64,000 nt of DNA. Origin: Azolla caroliniana. Its lineage: Eukaryota > Plantae > Polypodiophyta. Position 1 is the stretch's first letter, and each line of letters begins with the position of its first letter. The stretch is taken from contig JBHGNT010000008.1 of the NCBI GenBank assembly GCA_043228905.1, forward strand, positions 17,236,001-17,300,000. The letters are read 5' to 3'. Positions 9,836 through 22,489 of this stretch are shown one piece after another. Position numbers and translations under genes: made by a program. Under the pieces are notes generated by a model. It saw only the letters and a list, made by a program, of their open reading frames with translations. It did not search any database and was not told the origin of the DNA.

Positions 9836-12817
9836 ATGAAATCAAGCTTGCTAGATGAAGAAGCTCGCTGGAAGAACCGGGAGTTTAGAACCGATCCGAA
9901 GGCCTTGGTCACGGAAGATGACCACAACCGGGGAAGAGGCCAGTATCGGAGTCCCCAAAACCGGGACAAGTTGGGGACGAGGTCAAAGTCAAGGGCGAGG
10001 CCTACTTGCTTCTACTGTGGGAAGTTAGGGCACTTGCTTCTACTGTGGGAACGGAGTCATGAAGTTCAGCAAAGGGAGTCTAATAGTGGCTCGATCCCGG
10101 AAGGTCAAGAAACTTTACTTGATGAATGCCCGGATATGCCGGGAAGAAGTGAACGTTGCATCCAACACTACCGGTGAGTTGTGGCATAAGAGACTGTGTC
10201 ATATGAGCCAGAAGGGGATGAGAAGACTTGCCGAAGAAAACCTCATTCCAGAGGTGAAAGATGTGCATCTTGAGAAGTGCACCGATTGCTTGGCCAGCAA
10301 GCAAAACCGCATCTCCTTCCAGTGAAGACCACCAATGAGACAGAATACACCACTAGAGCTAGTGCATACCGATGTGTGTCAAGTGGACACAAAGTCACAT
10401 GCCGGATCGCAGTACTTCGTGACATTCATAGATGACCACAACCTGAAGTTGTGGGTTTCACCGTTGACGACGAAGGATCAGGTGCTATCTGTCTTCAAGG
10501 AGCTCCACATGAGAGTGGAAAGAGAAACCGGTTGGAAGCTAAAGGCAATTCGAGCGGAGAAGGGAGGAGAATATCGGGGGCAGTTCAAGGAGTATTGTCG
10601 GTCGAAGGGAATCCTTCTCGACTTCACCATGCCGAAGACGCCGGAATTGAACGGGTTGGCCAAAAGGATGAACCGAACCATAATGGAGAGAGTCTAGAGC
10701 ATGCTTGCACATGCCAAGTTACCCAAGATGTTTTGGGTTGAGGCGCTAATGACGGTGACCTATCTGATGCACAGATCAGCCTCAATACCCTTGGACGGAG
10801 ACTCACCGCAGAAAGTATGGACCAGTAAGGACGTGCATATTCCTTGGATACGGCGATGCTGAGTTTGGTTACTAGGTGTGGGATTTGGTCGATAAGAAGG
10901 ATGTATCCTACGAGCATCTAAAGGTGTTCAGATGTCTCGCTTACGTGCATGTGGCGAAGGACAAGAGAGAAAAGTTGGATCCGTAGTCCTAGCCATGCAT
11001 ATTCCTTCGATACGGCGATGATGAGTTTGGTTACTAGGTGTGGGATCTAGTTGATAAGAAGGACATATCCTACGAGCATCTAAAGGTGTTCGGATGTCTC
11101 ACTTACGTGCATGTGGTAAAGGACAAGAGAGAAAAGTTGGATCCGTAGTCCTAGCCATGCATATTCCTTGGATACGGCGATGATGAGTTTGGTTACTGGG
11201 TGTGGGATATGGTCGATAAGAAGGTGTTCTAGAGTCAGGACATAGTCTTCATGATAGGACCATTACCTATTGGGAGTCGAAGAAGAAGGTGATGAACTCT
11301 GGATCATCCAATGAAAACCGGCTTGAGGACACAAGGACTTACCCGGTTGAAAACTGGATGTAAGCCGGCAACCGGATGACACTTGACGAACCGGCCGGAT
11401 ACGGATAAGAAACCGAACTGACCGAAGAAGAAAAAGAAGAAGAAGAAGACACCAAAACTGGACAAGATCCTGAATCGGATTCGGACGAGGAACAAACGGA
11501 GGAATCGGTAGTCTTAAACCAAGGACGGAGATATCCTTTCCAAGAGAGATCCCCCAGAGATTTCCGGATACAGAGCACGTATTGCTTACTGATGAGGGGG
11601 AGCCAGAAAGCTTCGAAGAAGCAAAGAGAGACACCCACATCCACAAGTGGTGAGTGTCATGGAGGACGAGATGGATTCCTTGCAATTGAACCACACATAT
11701 GAACTGATGGAGTTGCCGAAATGGAAGAGAGCAGTCCGGAACAAGTGGGTGTACAAGCTGAACCCGGGAGATGTTGGAAACCCGCTAAGATACAAAGCCC
11801 GAATTGTAGTGAAGGGTTTTTAGTAGAAGAAAGGAGTGGACTTCGATGAGATTTTTGCCCCGATAATAAAGATGATATCCATCCGAACGGTATTGAGCAT
11901 AACGGCAAGCATGGACCTCGAGGTAGAGCAATTGGACGTCAAGATGACATTCCTACATGGCGACCTCGAAGAAGAGATCTACATGCATCAACCGGAAAGA
12001 TTTGAGAAGAAAGGGAAGGAGCACCTGGTGTGTCGGCTGAAGAAGAGCTTATACGGATTAAAGCAAGCCCCCCGACAATGGTACCGTAAGTTCGACTCCT
12101 TCATGACCGACCAAGGGTACCACAAGATGCAGGCTTATCACTGTGTGTTTGTGAAGAAATTTGACGAAGTAGAGTTCCTGATACTTCTCCTATATGTGGA
12201 TGATATGTTAATCGTTGGACGAGACCAAGGCAAGATTCGAATGCTGAAGAAGGCTCTGAACGGGACCTTCTCAATGAAAGACTTAGGTTCAGCAAAACAG
12301 ATATTATGAATGCACATTATCTGGGACCGGTCAAAGAAGTTGTTGTGGTTGTCACAAGAGAAGTATGTGAGAAAGGTGCTTCAACGGTTCAACATGTCGA
12401 AGCCGAAACCGGTCAGATCGACACCTTTGGCAAACTGCAAGCTATCCGGAAAACAAAGCTCAAGGACAAAGGCGGAGAATATGGATATAATGAAGATTCT
12501 ATATGCCTCTGCCGTCAGAAGCCAAATGTACGCAATGGTATGTACCCGGCCGAAAATAAGATATGGAGTTGGAGTGGTGAGCCAATTCATGAGCAATCCC
12601 AAAAAAGAGCACTAGAACGCGGTCAAGTGGATACTCCAGTATTTGAAAGGCACCTCAAGTATGTGCCTCTGATTCGGCTCCAGTAAACCCCTCTTAAAAG
12701 GCTTCACCAATTCATACATGTCGACTGATACGGATACCAGCCAATCTACATCCGGATATGTCATGACTTATGCACGAGGAGCTATTTCGTGGTAATCAAG
12801 GCTACAGAAGACGGTTG
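9836..12817 (+). pseudogene. Old, degenerate Copia family-B gag-pol (gag C-terminus, integrase, RT, start of RNase H)
   Basis: Colinear with 31370-33840 (EEAR..., HKRLCHMS, ELVHTDVCQV) and retains LLLYVDDML. Many stops, a protease deletion at ~10050 and a locally triplicated segment at ~10830-11220. Confidence 0.9.
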
Positions 12818-13644
12818 AATTAGTTTGATTTATAATGAATTTTAATTATACATATAACTAAAGTAGATCACACTTTTTAAGCTTCCACCGCCATCCACCC
12901 GTTAAGTGGATCTTGTGGTATGTATACAAACATTCATACAAATTGTACACACATACATTCATCAAAAAAACATATGATTGTATAAATGTATATATGTATC
13001 TATGAATGTGTGTTGCATGCACATTTCCATGATCATGTGTATCATGTATGATTGTAAATTTGTATGTATGTATGATTGAATGGTGTAACATGTATGTCTA
13101 TAAAGATGGTGGCAAAGAGTGAGCATAAACAAATGAAAAAAAAGGGATTCGACATCCACCTTTTTCTTAAGTACAAAAGTTTTTATTATTTACAAATGCA
13201 ATGTTAATTAATCATTGGTTTCTTTTACCCACAACATTTAATGCCTAGTTCGAGAGTAGATACAATGCTAATAATAATATAAAAATGGTTAGTCATGAAT
13301 GACTCAGTTGTACCGTTGTCATTTTATAAAAACCTGTTTTGAAGGATCGCAAAGGTGCAATTTCTATGTTATAGACGTGATGAGCCATTAATATATTAAT
13401 GCCTAGTCAAGACCAAAAGAGTTGTGTGCACATGTGTCATGATAATGAACAAGGCAAAGCACACTTACATTGTCAACCCCAAGCCCCATCCACCGACTCC
13501 GCATCTACAAAGCAACTTCACGTGCTTTGACTTACTTCCCATGCAATTCAACAACAACATTGAATTGTTCTTCACATACATACATACCTCAAATAAATTG
13601 CAATACAATGCAATACATACATATCCATATGTATGTATGTATAG

Positions 13645-13664
13645 ACACACACACGCACGCACGC

Positions 13665-13697
<33 letters not shown>

Positions 13698-13699
13698 TA

Positions 13700-13734
<35 letters not shown>
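13645..13734. repeat. (CA)n/(TA)n microsatellite
   Basis: Directly visible. Confidence 0.9.
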
Positions 13735-13736
<2 letters not shown>

Positions 13737-14247
13737 CTTATCCTTCTTCGCAAGGTCATGCGACTTCTTATTCAAAGTTCATATATTCTCCCAAGAATTT
13801 GTATGTATGGATTATGTAATACATCTTCACGTCACATCCCAAAAGAAAGACAGAAAATTCAATGACCGTGTGTATTTCCCCCGGGCCCAAAAAAAGAACC
13901 CACGAAAGCCAATGACTATGTCATCCTGTCTTATCGGCTCACGCAGTAAGTAATCAGCGAGACCCTGACAGAGACACACACCCACGGGCCACAGCAGCGA
14001 ATATTTCTCCTGGCTCTCTCTCTATACAATATATATAGGAGTAGAGTTTCAGAATCCCTATCATCATCAAAACCGACTCTTCCAACAACCTCCTCCTATA
14101 GGTTATACATATCCATACATACATATTTTATATATACATACCATCCACTTAGCGGGCTAAAACATTTCCAAACCTTCTAGCATACACCATATACATACAT
14201 ACATACTTTGAAATTTGATTAGTACCCATCCCATCCCATCCCATCCA

Positions 14248-14955
14248 ATGGCATCATCCCTCCCCACCATTCTTTCGCTCAGCTTCCTCCTGGCCTTTTT
14301 GTGCCTCACATCCCCAGCCCAGCTGGCGTCCGCCGCCGACGAGGACCCCTTACAAGACTTCTGCGTGGCCGCCGCCGTCGACGCCGTCACCATCAACGGC
14401 CGCACCTGCAAGCCGGCCGCCGCCGTCACCGCCCAAGACTTCACGTCCACGCTGCTCCGGACTGCCGGCGCAGCCGCCCCGCCTACCAACAACTTCCCAC
14501 GAGCCGTCGTCACTCTGGCTTCCGTCAACAACTTCCCTGGGCTCAACACGCAGGGCCTGTCCATCGCTCGCATCGACTTCCCGGCCAACGGCGGACTCAA
14601 CCCTCCCCACGTCCACCCGCGCGCCACCGAGGTCCTCTTCCTGGTGCAGGGCACGCTCACCGTCGGCTTCGTCTCCACCGCCCCCAACAACACGCTCTTC
14701 CAGGCCACGCTCTATCCCGGCGATCTCTTCGTCTTCCCCCGCGGCCTCGCCCACTTCCAGATCAACCTGGACAAGAAGAACCCCGCGCTGGCCATCGCCG
14801 CCCTCAACAGCCAGAACCCAGGCGTCTCTCAGCTCGCGGTGGCCCTCTTCGCCGCCAACCCACCCCTGCCAGGGATCGTGCTCCAGAATACCTTCGGCAT
14901 TCACCAGTCCGAAGTGGATTCCCTCACCGCCAGCGTCAAGGCCACCCTAACTTGA
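14248..14955 (+). CDS. Germin-like protein (cupin), secreted, intronless, 235 aa
   Basis: Hydrophobic signal peptide, DEDPLQDFCVA motif, second Cys (GRTCK), germin box 1 GLNPPHVHPRATE and box 2 GDLFVFPRGLAHFQ with all His/His/Glu/His Mn ligands, and NSQNPG. First ATG at 14248. Confidence 0.95.
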   Translation: MASSLPTILSLSFLLAFLCLTSPAQLASAADEDPLQDFCVAAAVDAVTINGRTCKPAAAVTAQDFTSTLLRTAGAAAPPTNNFPRAVVTLASVNNFPGLNTQGLSIARIDFPANGGLNPPHVHPRATEVLFLVQGTLTVGFVSTAPNNTLFQATLYPGDLFVFPRGLAHFQINLDKKNPALAIAALNSQNPGVSQLAVALFAANPPLPGIVLQNTFGIHQSEVDSLTASVKATLT

Positions 14956-15571
14956 ATAACCCCCCCATCATGAATCTGAAGACGGTCACCCTGCAGCAAG
15001 CAGAGCAACCCTCCCTTGAATCTCACTACCGTTATACCTATCATCTACATATCTATCCGCGCCTACGTCTGTCTGTCTCGTAATTAATTAACTGCGTGCC
15101 TGCCCTACCACCATGTTCAATCAATAATACTTTGCATTTGGGGTTGCATTCCTCACTCCCCCCAATAAGTTGGTAAATCTTCGTCTAGTAAATGCTATCT
15201 ATCTATACTGTGTGTTGCTCATGTGTGCGTGTGTGTGCGCACATGCCCTAACTCTTTGTGTCACGACTTGAGTGCCATTCGCATGCAAAGAAATCATTAC
15301 CACATGTATACATGTGCGGCTCGTTGTTTTAAGTCCTTTCGGTTTCCTTGTTGTGAAACATAACCCCTAGGAGGGTTTATGTATCGAGAAACGAAGTTAC
15401 GCATTTGTGGAGGTAAGCACATGAAAGGTTTGATACCAATGTAATTTTATATGGAACATAGTACCTACAAAGGTTGGTAGGTGCATGTTCCAATAGAATA
15501 CATGCATGGAAACTATGCGACACTAGGCTAGGTTATGACGTGCACACATCACATACTTTTAAGCAATCAAT

Positions 15572-15575
<4 letters not shown>

Positions 15576-15618
<43 letters not shown>
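15576..15618. repeat. (GA)n microsatellite
   Basis: Directly visible. Confidence 0.9.
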
Positions 15619-15622
<4 letters not shown>

Positions 15623-17199
15623 CATGTTTTTTTGCATATTTGAGACGAACATTGTCTATATTGATTGATCGATAGTATAATGGCAAGGGCCATCTAGAAA
15701 TTTAACTCTATAGTGTGGGCTTTTATATGCAGAATGTGGAAACCCTCATTTCAATATTACAATTCAGAATGCCTTCCCTACATTTCAAGATACCCTTTCA
15801 ATATCTAAGGTCGATTTCTCTTCCATATAATTGAGTGTTCCTCTTATGCTCCGTTTCTATTAGTAGATTGGAACGCCTTTGTTTTTTATGCTTAATACGG
15901 AGTTTAAAGACACATTTGACGATTAAAAGCCATATTGTTACGATGGTTTTCCTTGTTGGAAACTACATGGAGGTTGTCACAAAGAGGAATTAGGGACTTG
16001 TAGGTTGGCATGGCATCATGTCCATCATTTGCATTGGTCTTTATCACATGGGACTAAATAGGTTCATAATGATGATGTATCTAGAGATGAAGAATGTCAT
16101 GGGAACCTTGATTGATTTTTTGGTGAGCCAATAGGACATCATATTCCATAGGTTGTAATTTGACTTTCATAAGTAATACATTATTATTTCCGTAGAGGGG
16201 GTGGGGGGGAGGATGGAAGGTACGTAACTCTAATTATGGATGGTGGCGGATCGTGAAACGTAGTTGGCACTCTAAATTACCACTAGTAGCAAAGGTTGTC
16301 ATAGTGATTGGGAGATTTGCCTTTGGGGTTAGCTCTAAAGTGATATGTGCTAGTAATAAGTAGTTGCCTCTTTTCCACTATTCAAGTGGAAGATAATTCT
16401 CATTATTTTCTAAAATTTCTATACTTGGAGTTACATTTCTTAGATTTGGTTGCAAGTTTTATCTGCATGTTATTTAGCGAGCTAAAGAAGTGGCAAGGCT
16501 ATCAACAGACATAACGATGTGTTTCTAAATCCCTATGCCCATTGTTATGTTGTTGTCAATGGATATAGATGATAACATTTATAGATATCACTTGGGAGAT
16601 GGAGGAATGTAATTGATCAATGTTGTACCTTATCAATTGCTAATTTGTATCCAGATTACTTTGTAGAAAATCTTGATTTTCATGTGATGACTGTGAGATC
16701 CATTGATGTAAAACTATATTAATATCCATGCCTTTATAATAAAAACTACTCTTAATCCATTTATTGGATTAGCCATTTGGCAACTTTTGCACTAAATAGT
16801 GTTACACACTTTATTCAATGTACAAAGATTTCTTCGAAATCTCATATGGCTTTTCCACATCTTTTAATGGAGTATGCATATTTTCTATTTTATTGTTGTC
16901 ATCTTTTAATTGAGAATTCATATTTTCTATTTTATTGTTGTGTGATTGTTCCAACAATTTAATATTACCATTTTTAATGTTGATGTGAATCAATTACCTT
17001 TTCATGTTCACACAGATTACTCCATTTAATCATAAATAGACAAATATCTTTTCCTTAAGGAACCAGTGACCACTACTTGGATTACCACTTAAACATAATG
17101 TTGAGCATAAAATAAATCTCATACCATGTGTTGTTGTGAGAATTTGACCTTGTCAACTTGGTCCACTTGAAGGTAATGAGATTGCAACACAACTTAAAG

Positions 17200-17570
17200 A
17201 TTACTCAAGGATGTGTCACATTCGTTATAATAAAGCTCCTTGGGGGTAGATGCACCGATTATCTCAGTCAATGGAGAAGTTGGAACATGGAGAATAAAGT
17301 AACTATTAAGAAATTTGTATCCATTGTTACGTGCTTACAATTTGATTGATCGTATGCACAATGCTTGATATTTTACCAAAATTGACGTTTGAACAGGCTA
17401 CCATCAAACAAGAATTGTTGAGGAGGATATTCCTACAACCGCATTTCATATGTGCTATGACTATTCTAACTTTTTCACCATGCCATTTAGTTTGCCTAAT
17501 GGTCCAACCACTTTTCAACTAGAAATGAATGGCATTTTTCAAGATCAACTTTGTCATTTTCTTAGAATCA
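17200..17570 (+). pseudogene. Highly decayed Ty3/Gypsy reverse-transcriptase fragment
   Basis: Reads YFTKIDV*TGYHQ..IVEEDIPTTAF..MPFSLPNGPTTFQLEMNGIF across frameshifts, matching the canonical Gypsy RT motifs KIDL-SGYHQ, KTAF and MPFGL-NAP-TFQ. Confidence 0.7.
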
Positions 17571-18120
17571 TACTTTGATTGAATGTTACACTTGTGTTTG
17601 GGTCATGCAAACATTGTGAAACAAACATTTCTTTGCCAAAGCATCAATTTTGTGATTTTTTAAAAAGATTTGAAACAGTTAATTATCGACCAAATAAATT
17701 AAGATTGGGACCAATTATTTGGGACTTAATTTTGTTAAGTTCCAATGAAAATCTATTTGTAATTATTTGCAATCGACTACGCCATTTATTGATCTTTTTA
17801 ACTGTTAAAGTGTCTACTAAACCAATGAATCCTTGCATTGACCACTTGCAAGAATAATTTACTATGCTCAAACAACATGTATACATTGCACCTACACTTC
17901 ACACTCAAAATAGTCATCAATATAATTTCATATTCCTACGTATACATAATAACACAACTAAAATCAATGGATGGAGGATAATTTGGAGGGGAGAATCGAC
18001 TTAGTTAGATTGGGAGGTGGATCATTGTCAAGGTTCTTTCGACCACATCCATCCATGTGGGAGATCCTCAAAATAGGATTCTAGTTAAACTTTTTATACA
18101 TACATAAGTTATGGTATAGG

Positions 18121-18145
18121 AACCCTAAACCCTAAACCCTAAACC
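18121..18145 (+). promoter_or_regulatory. Interstitial plant telomeric repeat / triple telo-box (AAACCCT)3
   Basis: aaccctaaaccctaaaccctaaacc, about 120 bp upstream of a candidate gene start. Confidence 0.7.
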
Positions 18146-18266
18146 GGTCCTAAGGATTGGTTCCTGGTGGACAAATGATTTGACCGATTTCCTTGGACAA
18201 CACTATCTATGTCCACTCTTCCATACCTGCACAGGAAGGCATCAGGCAGCTGCAGCCGCAGTAGCC

Positions 18267-19123
18267 ATGGTTGTCGCCTCTTCCAGTCCGATCCTCCTCC
18301 AGCACGCTCGCTCAGACAGCTTCTCCATATCTGCTCCGCCTCTTCGTCTTCTTCGCTCCCACTCTTTCGCAAAGCATCGGACCTGCATTTTTTCCCTGCC
18401 TTCTGCCTCTTTCCGTCCTTCGACTCCTTCTTTGTCTGTTTATGCATTCCAACCGATCGATTCTCAGGAAGGAAACACGAAAGGTTCTTTTGGATAATCT
18501 CTTTGTTTTATCTCTTCTAAAACTCCTTCGTCTTTTTCAGAGCTCTTATTGTCTGGTTTTCTTCTCCTTTACAGGTGCGAACCTTCTCCACGAATCTGAG
18601 TACTGTCAGAGTTCTGTAAGCGCGAATCCTTTTTTGGACTCTCAAATATATGGCGTGAGTTTAATTTTACTTCGTTCTTGAGATTGTTTTCGATTATTTT
18701 TGTATGTATGGTTGAGTAAATCCCGAATGAGCTCTTAAAAAAACGACGTAAACATGAATGCTTATAATGCAAAATCTTGCAGATGATAGTCTATGAGTTC
18801 TTGTTGCTCAAAAGAAATTAGTTTTTCTTGTAGAACATTGCGTATTTCCTTGTTGTACAATGCGTTGTTGATTGATTAATGAATCAAAACAAAGGCTACT
18901 ATTTTGGTTCTAGAAATTTGCTTGATTCGTTGGCTTTTTTGTCCATGTCTGGTTGCATAAAATCTTAAATGGTTTCTAAAATAATCTTCTGAAATGCAGA
19001 GTGTAGTGATACCAGAGTTAGGAAAATGCTGGTTCTTGTTGTCTTGCCGACAATCAACAAGCACAATAGGTCGAACGTCTTACTCCGAGATCTTTCTATC
19101 AAGAAAGTTGTGGTCGGAGATAT
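18267..19123 (+). CDS. Candidate 5' exons of an unidentified, possibly plastid-targeted gene
   Basis: gccATGG at 18267 opens a Ser/Arg/Pro-rich, acid-poor peptide (MVVASSSPILLQHARSDSFSISAPPLRLLRS...). GT-AG intron 18484-18574 has a polypyrimidine tract and keeps frame. Further donors at 18616/18655, and a possible exon at 19000-19123. No recognisable domain. Confidence 0.35.
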
Positions 19124-19203
19124 GGTATTTGTTGATACTAGCAGTTACTCCGAACTTATGTAAATAATAGTTGCACGTAATGTAATTAATAGAATTAGAA
19201 CAT

Positions 19204-19243
19204 ATTCAGTTCTGCTATACAATTATGTATAGCAGAACTGAAT
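19204..19243. repeat. Perfect 18-bp inverted repeat with 4-nt loop
   Basis: attcagttctgctataca-atta-tgtatagcagaactgaat. Confidence 0.9.
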
Positions 19244-22200
19244 TCTAACATTCGACATGATAGACAACAGAATAAAACAGAACAGAACAGTCGACACAGC
19301 AAATACTATAACTACCAAAAGTATATTACTACTAATGATAATACAATGCTCTCAGCCCCTTTTCATAGGCGATCCAAGAGTCTTTTCCAAGATTATACAC
19401 TTGCTTGTTCGGCATGAACCTACAATTATACAAAACCTTCTTATTTTTTAAATTATTATGTTTTTTATGCTTGGCAAAAATTACAATTCAAATCCTATCT
19501 TTTCATACACATCTGACTCTGACTCCGACTCGTATGCCGACTTTTATCCTTCGGTAGCTGAATGGCTAACAGTTTTGTGATTCTTAGTTCACAATTGATA
19601 AAATTTGTTTTTCTTCCACCGGTCTTCTTTGTCACACTAGAGTCTTTTTGTTAGTATGACTACATAAATTCTTATACAGTTATCCTAGATATAAAAAAAT
19701 ACCCCCTGTGTTTGCAAATGAATGCATTATTTATTCTTATTACTCAAGGGAGACTTCTGATTTTTCTTGTAGAAATTTGCCAATTTTCTTGGTACCCTAG
19801 TGGCATTGACATTGTTGGGGGGTGAGAGCTGATGATAGTGATGTATTAGACTATAATATCAATATATATAATGGCATAAAGATAGGATCTTTCCAAGTAC
19901 AAGAGTGTGAAGGTATTAGAGTCTACAAAACATCGAAATGAAGTGTGGCACAAAGACAAATGCCTTTGGAAGTGCATTGGTGCTGGAATATTGATGATAA
20001 TGATTTATCATAGCCAAAAGAATTTAAAAATTGACTATGGACCAAAGACAAGTGTCATTCCTAATGCAAGATTGTTCGGACACTGATGTGATGATGTATT
20101 AGAGTCTTTAATATATCAAAATGAACTATGGCACAAAGACAAACAACTTTCCAAGAGCAAAGATGTCGAAACATTGATGAGGACATAGGGTATGGTACAA
20201 AGACAAATGTCTTTTTTGTGCGAAGATGCAGAGACATAGATGATAATGATGTCTTAAGAGTCACAGTTCAAAAATGAACTATGAAATAAACACAATTAGC
20301 TCCAAGGGACCCAAGACATTGACCTATGATAATGGTAGAAAGAAGAGGAAGAAAAAATAAATGACTATCTACCCAACAACAAGATCATTGACCACCGTCT
20401 AGGTTGCATTTTTGTATACACGTTGTCTCTAGCTGTATGGTTCTACATGATTGCCACTTTTCAGAAGACTGTTATTGTACAAAACATCATGTTTCTCTCA
20501 TAACTAATTGAATATTTCCTTTGTGCTGTAGTTGCATTGATCGTGTGACTGCGAGATTGTCAAAACTCATGAAGGTGGTCTCAGCAATAGTCATGGTAAT
20601 ATTTTAGTATTTAAACACAAACGGATGGCATGTCAAAATTGTATTTTTACAAAGTTAGACTCTGATTTTTCACCAATGAAGGTCAATTACAGTTTATGTA
20701 ATTTTGTGTACCATGTGTTCGTCATAGGTGATGCTGGGAAAATGTAATAAGAACACAAGGCAATCACCCGTAGAAAATTGTTTTTCAGATTCTAAAGATT
20801 CCAATAGTGTAAAGCTCATACATTCATCGCTAAAAAGCATCATAATATCCCTGGGAATTCTCTCTATTTCAACTAGTCTATTTTGTGGATGTGCCCAACC
20901 TTCAAAGGCTACCATTAAAGCTTTTGATCTTGGTCTTAAAATTGCTTTGATTTACGTCAAACTGGGTGGCCTGATGAGGCTATTGTTTTCTTCATGGCGA
21001 TGATTCCTGTCTTGGAACTATGTGGGGCCATCTCCCTCCCTCCCTGTCTCTCACCTTTGCACTCATAATCTATTTTCTTCCTATTACATTAACTACCCTA
21101 TCGCAAAGTGGATCGCACTCTTTGCTACAACCCAACAGTTAACAATAAAAGCTAGATCATATTTTCTATGGAGGGATTATCATCGGATTTGGAACCCATA
21201 ATAGTGATACTTCGACTCACATCGAGTTCAATGTCGAGTTCCCTCCGCAACAAATGATGACTTTTGTGGTGGCTACTTCGACTACACCTACTATGAAACC
21301 TAGAAGTGCCAACAAACGTCCAACCAAAAAACCATGAGCTCCAATAGTTTTCAAATACTTTGACCCCTCCAAAAACTACTAGTACCCAAGTAATCTCCAA
21401 TGAATCCCCGCTAATTTCCCAACACTTTGAAGATTACAAGTGTAGGATAATTGCAGAGTTTAAAAACCTCAATCGAAAAGCACGAAAAGCAAAAAGAACA
21501 TACACTCGTATGTCAAACCTAAATTCACATAATATAGCCCCTCATAGCTTGAGAATCCAACCCCCTAGACTAATTATCGAACACGAAGATATTAATAAAA
21601 GCCTACACCTAGAGTTTACTTTCATCACAACAAAATATAGTAAAGATCTCACTATAACATATGTTAAGCATGTTGACAGCCTTGCGCATTACTATACAAC
21701 AACAGTAGATGACTTTCCTATAACCATGCGAGCGGATATACTCAAGCTTGCTAATCTCCTAAAAGCTCTTGTTTGTTTTGGCCAAGTAGTGGAACCCGAT
21801 TCAAGCCCAAACTCGTTTAGCAAACAACTTGAGATTTGCAAGAAGTGTTAGCAACTAATATTTTAAAAGAATGCAATACTATAGCTCTCTCATTCACTTA
21901 TAGGGAAGCCTTTAGGGTTGCTGCTATACAAAGAAGAGATAAAGCACAATAAAAAAACGACAACACTCAGCGCACAAGTAAGCACCATATTAGAGAGATT
22001 GACGTAGATATGGAGTTAGATGATGATATTGAAGATGATATTGAAAAGGTAGTAAATAGTTTTGAGAAAGTACAATATGACAAATTTCAGTATACAACTC
22101 ATCACAATAACCCTAACTTGAGAACAAACCCTAACCCTAATTTGAGAACAAACCCTAACCTTGACCCTAACTCTAAAACAATTCCTAAAATGAAAACTAA

Positions 22201-22489
22201 CCTTCAATTCATCTGCAACATAAATAATTATGAAGTTAGCATGAACCTGTCGACCAACACAACCAACATCAGCACGACGGGATGAATGCATAGGCATGCA
22301 ACAAAGGTGTTCTTGACTTGGGGCGCACAGTTGACTACAAAAGCGTCAACCTTCCCCATTTTCATCTTCCCCCTTTGCTCTCCACCCTTCCTTTGTATAC
22401 TAAGCCCCTCGAGGCCACTCATCCCTCATTTCCCCCTCAATTTTCTTTCCCTCCTCCTACTTTGGGGCAACGTAGGTCTAATTGTTTAA

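Noticed and set aside
14157-15083. Overlapping and antisense ORFs across the germin gene
   Set aside because: Shadow ORFs expected from very high GC3; no motifs.
18121-18145. Chromosome end or fusion scar
   Set aside because: Only three units with no inverted array; better read as telo-boxes.
20694-20990. Minus-strand ORF as an exon
   Set aside because: No recognisable homology and no supporting neighbouring exons.
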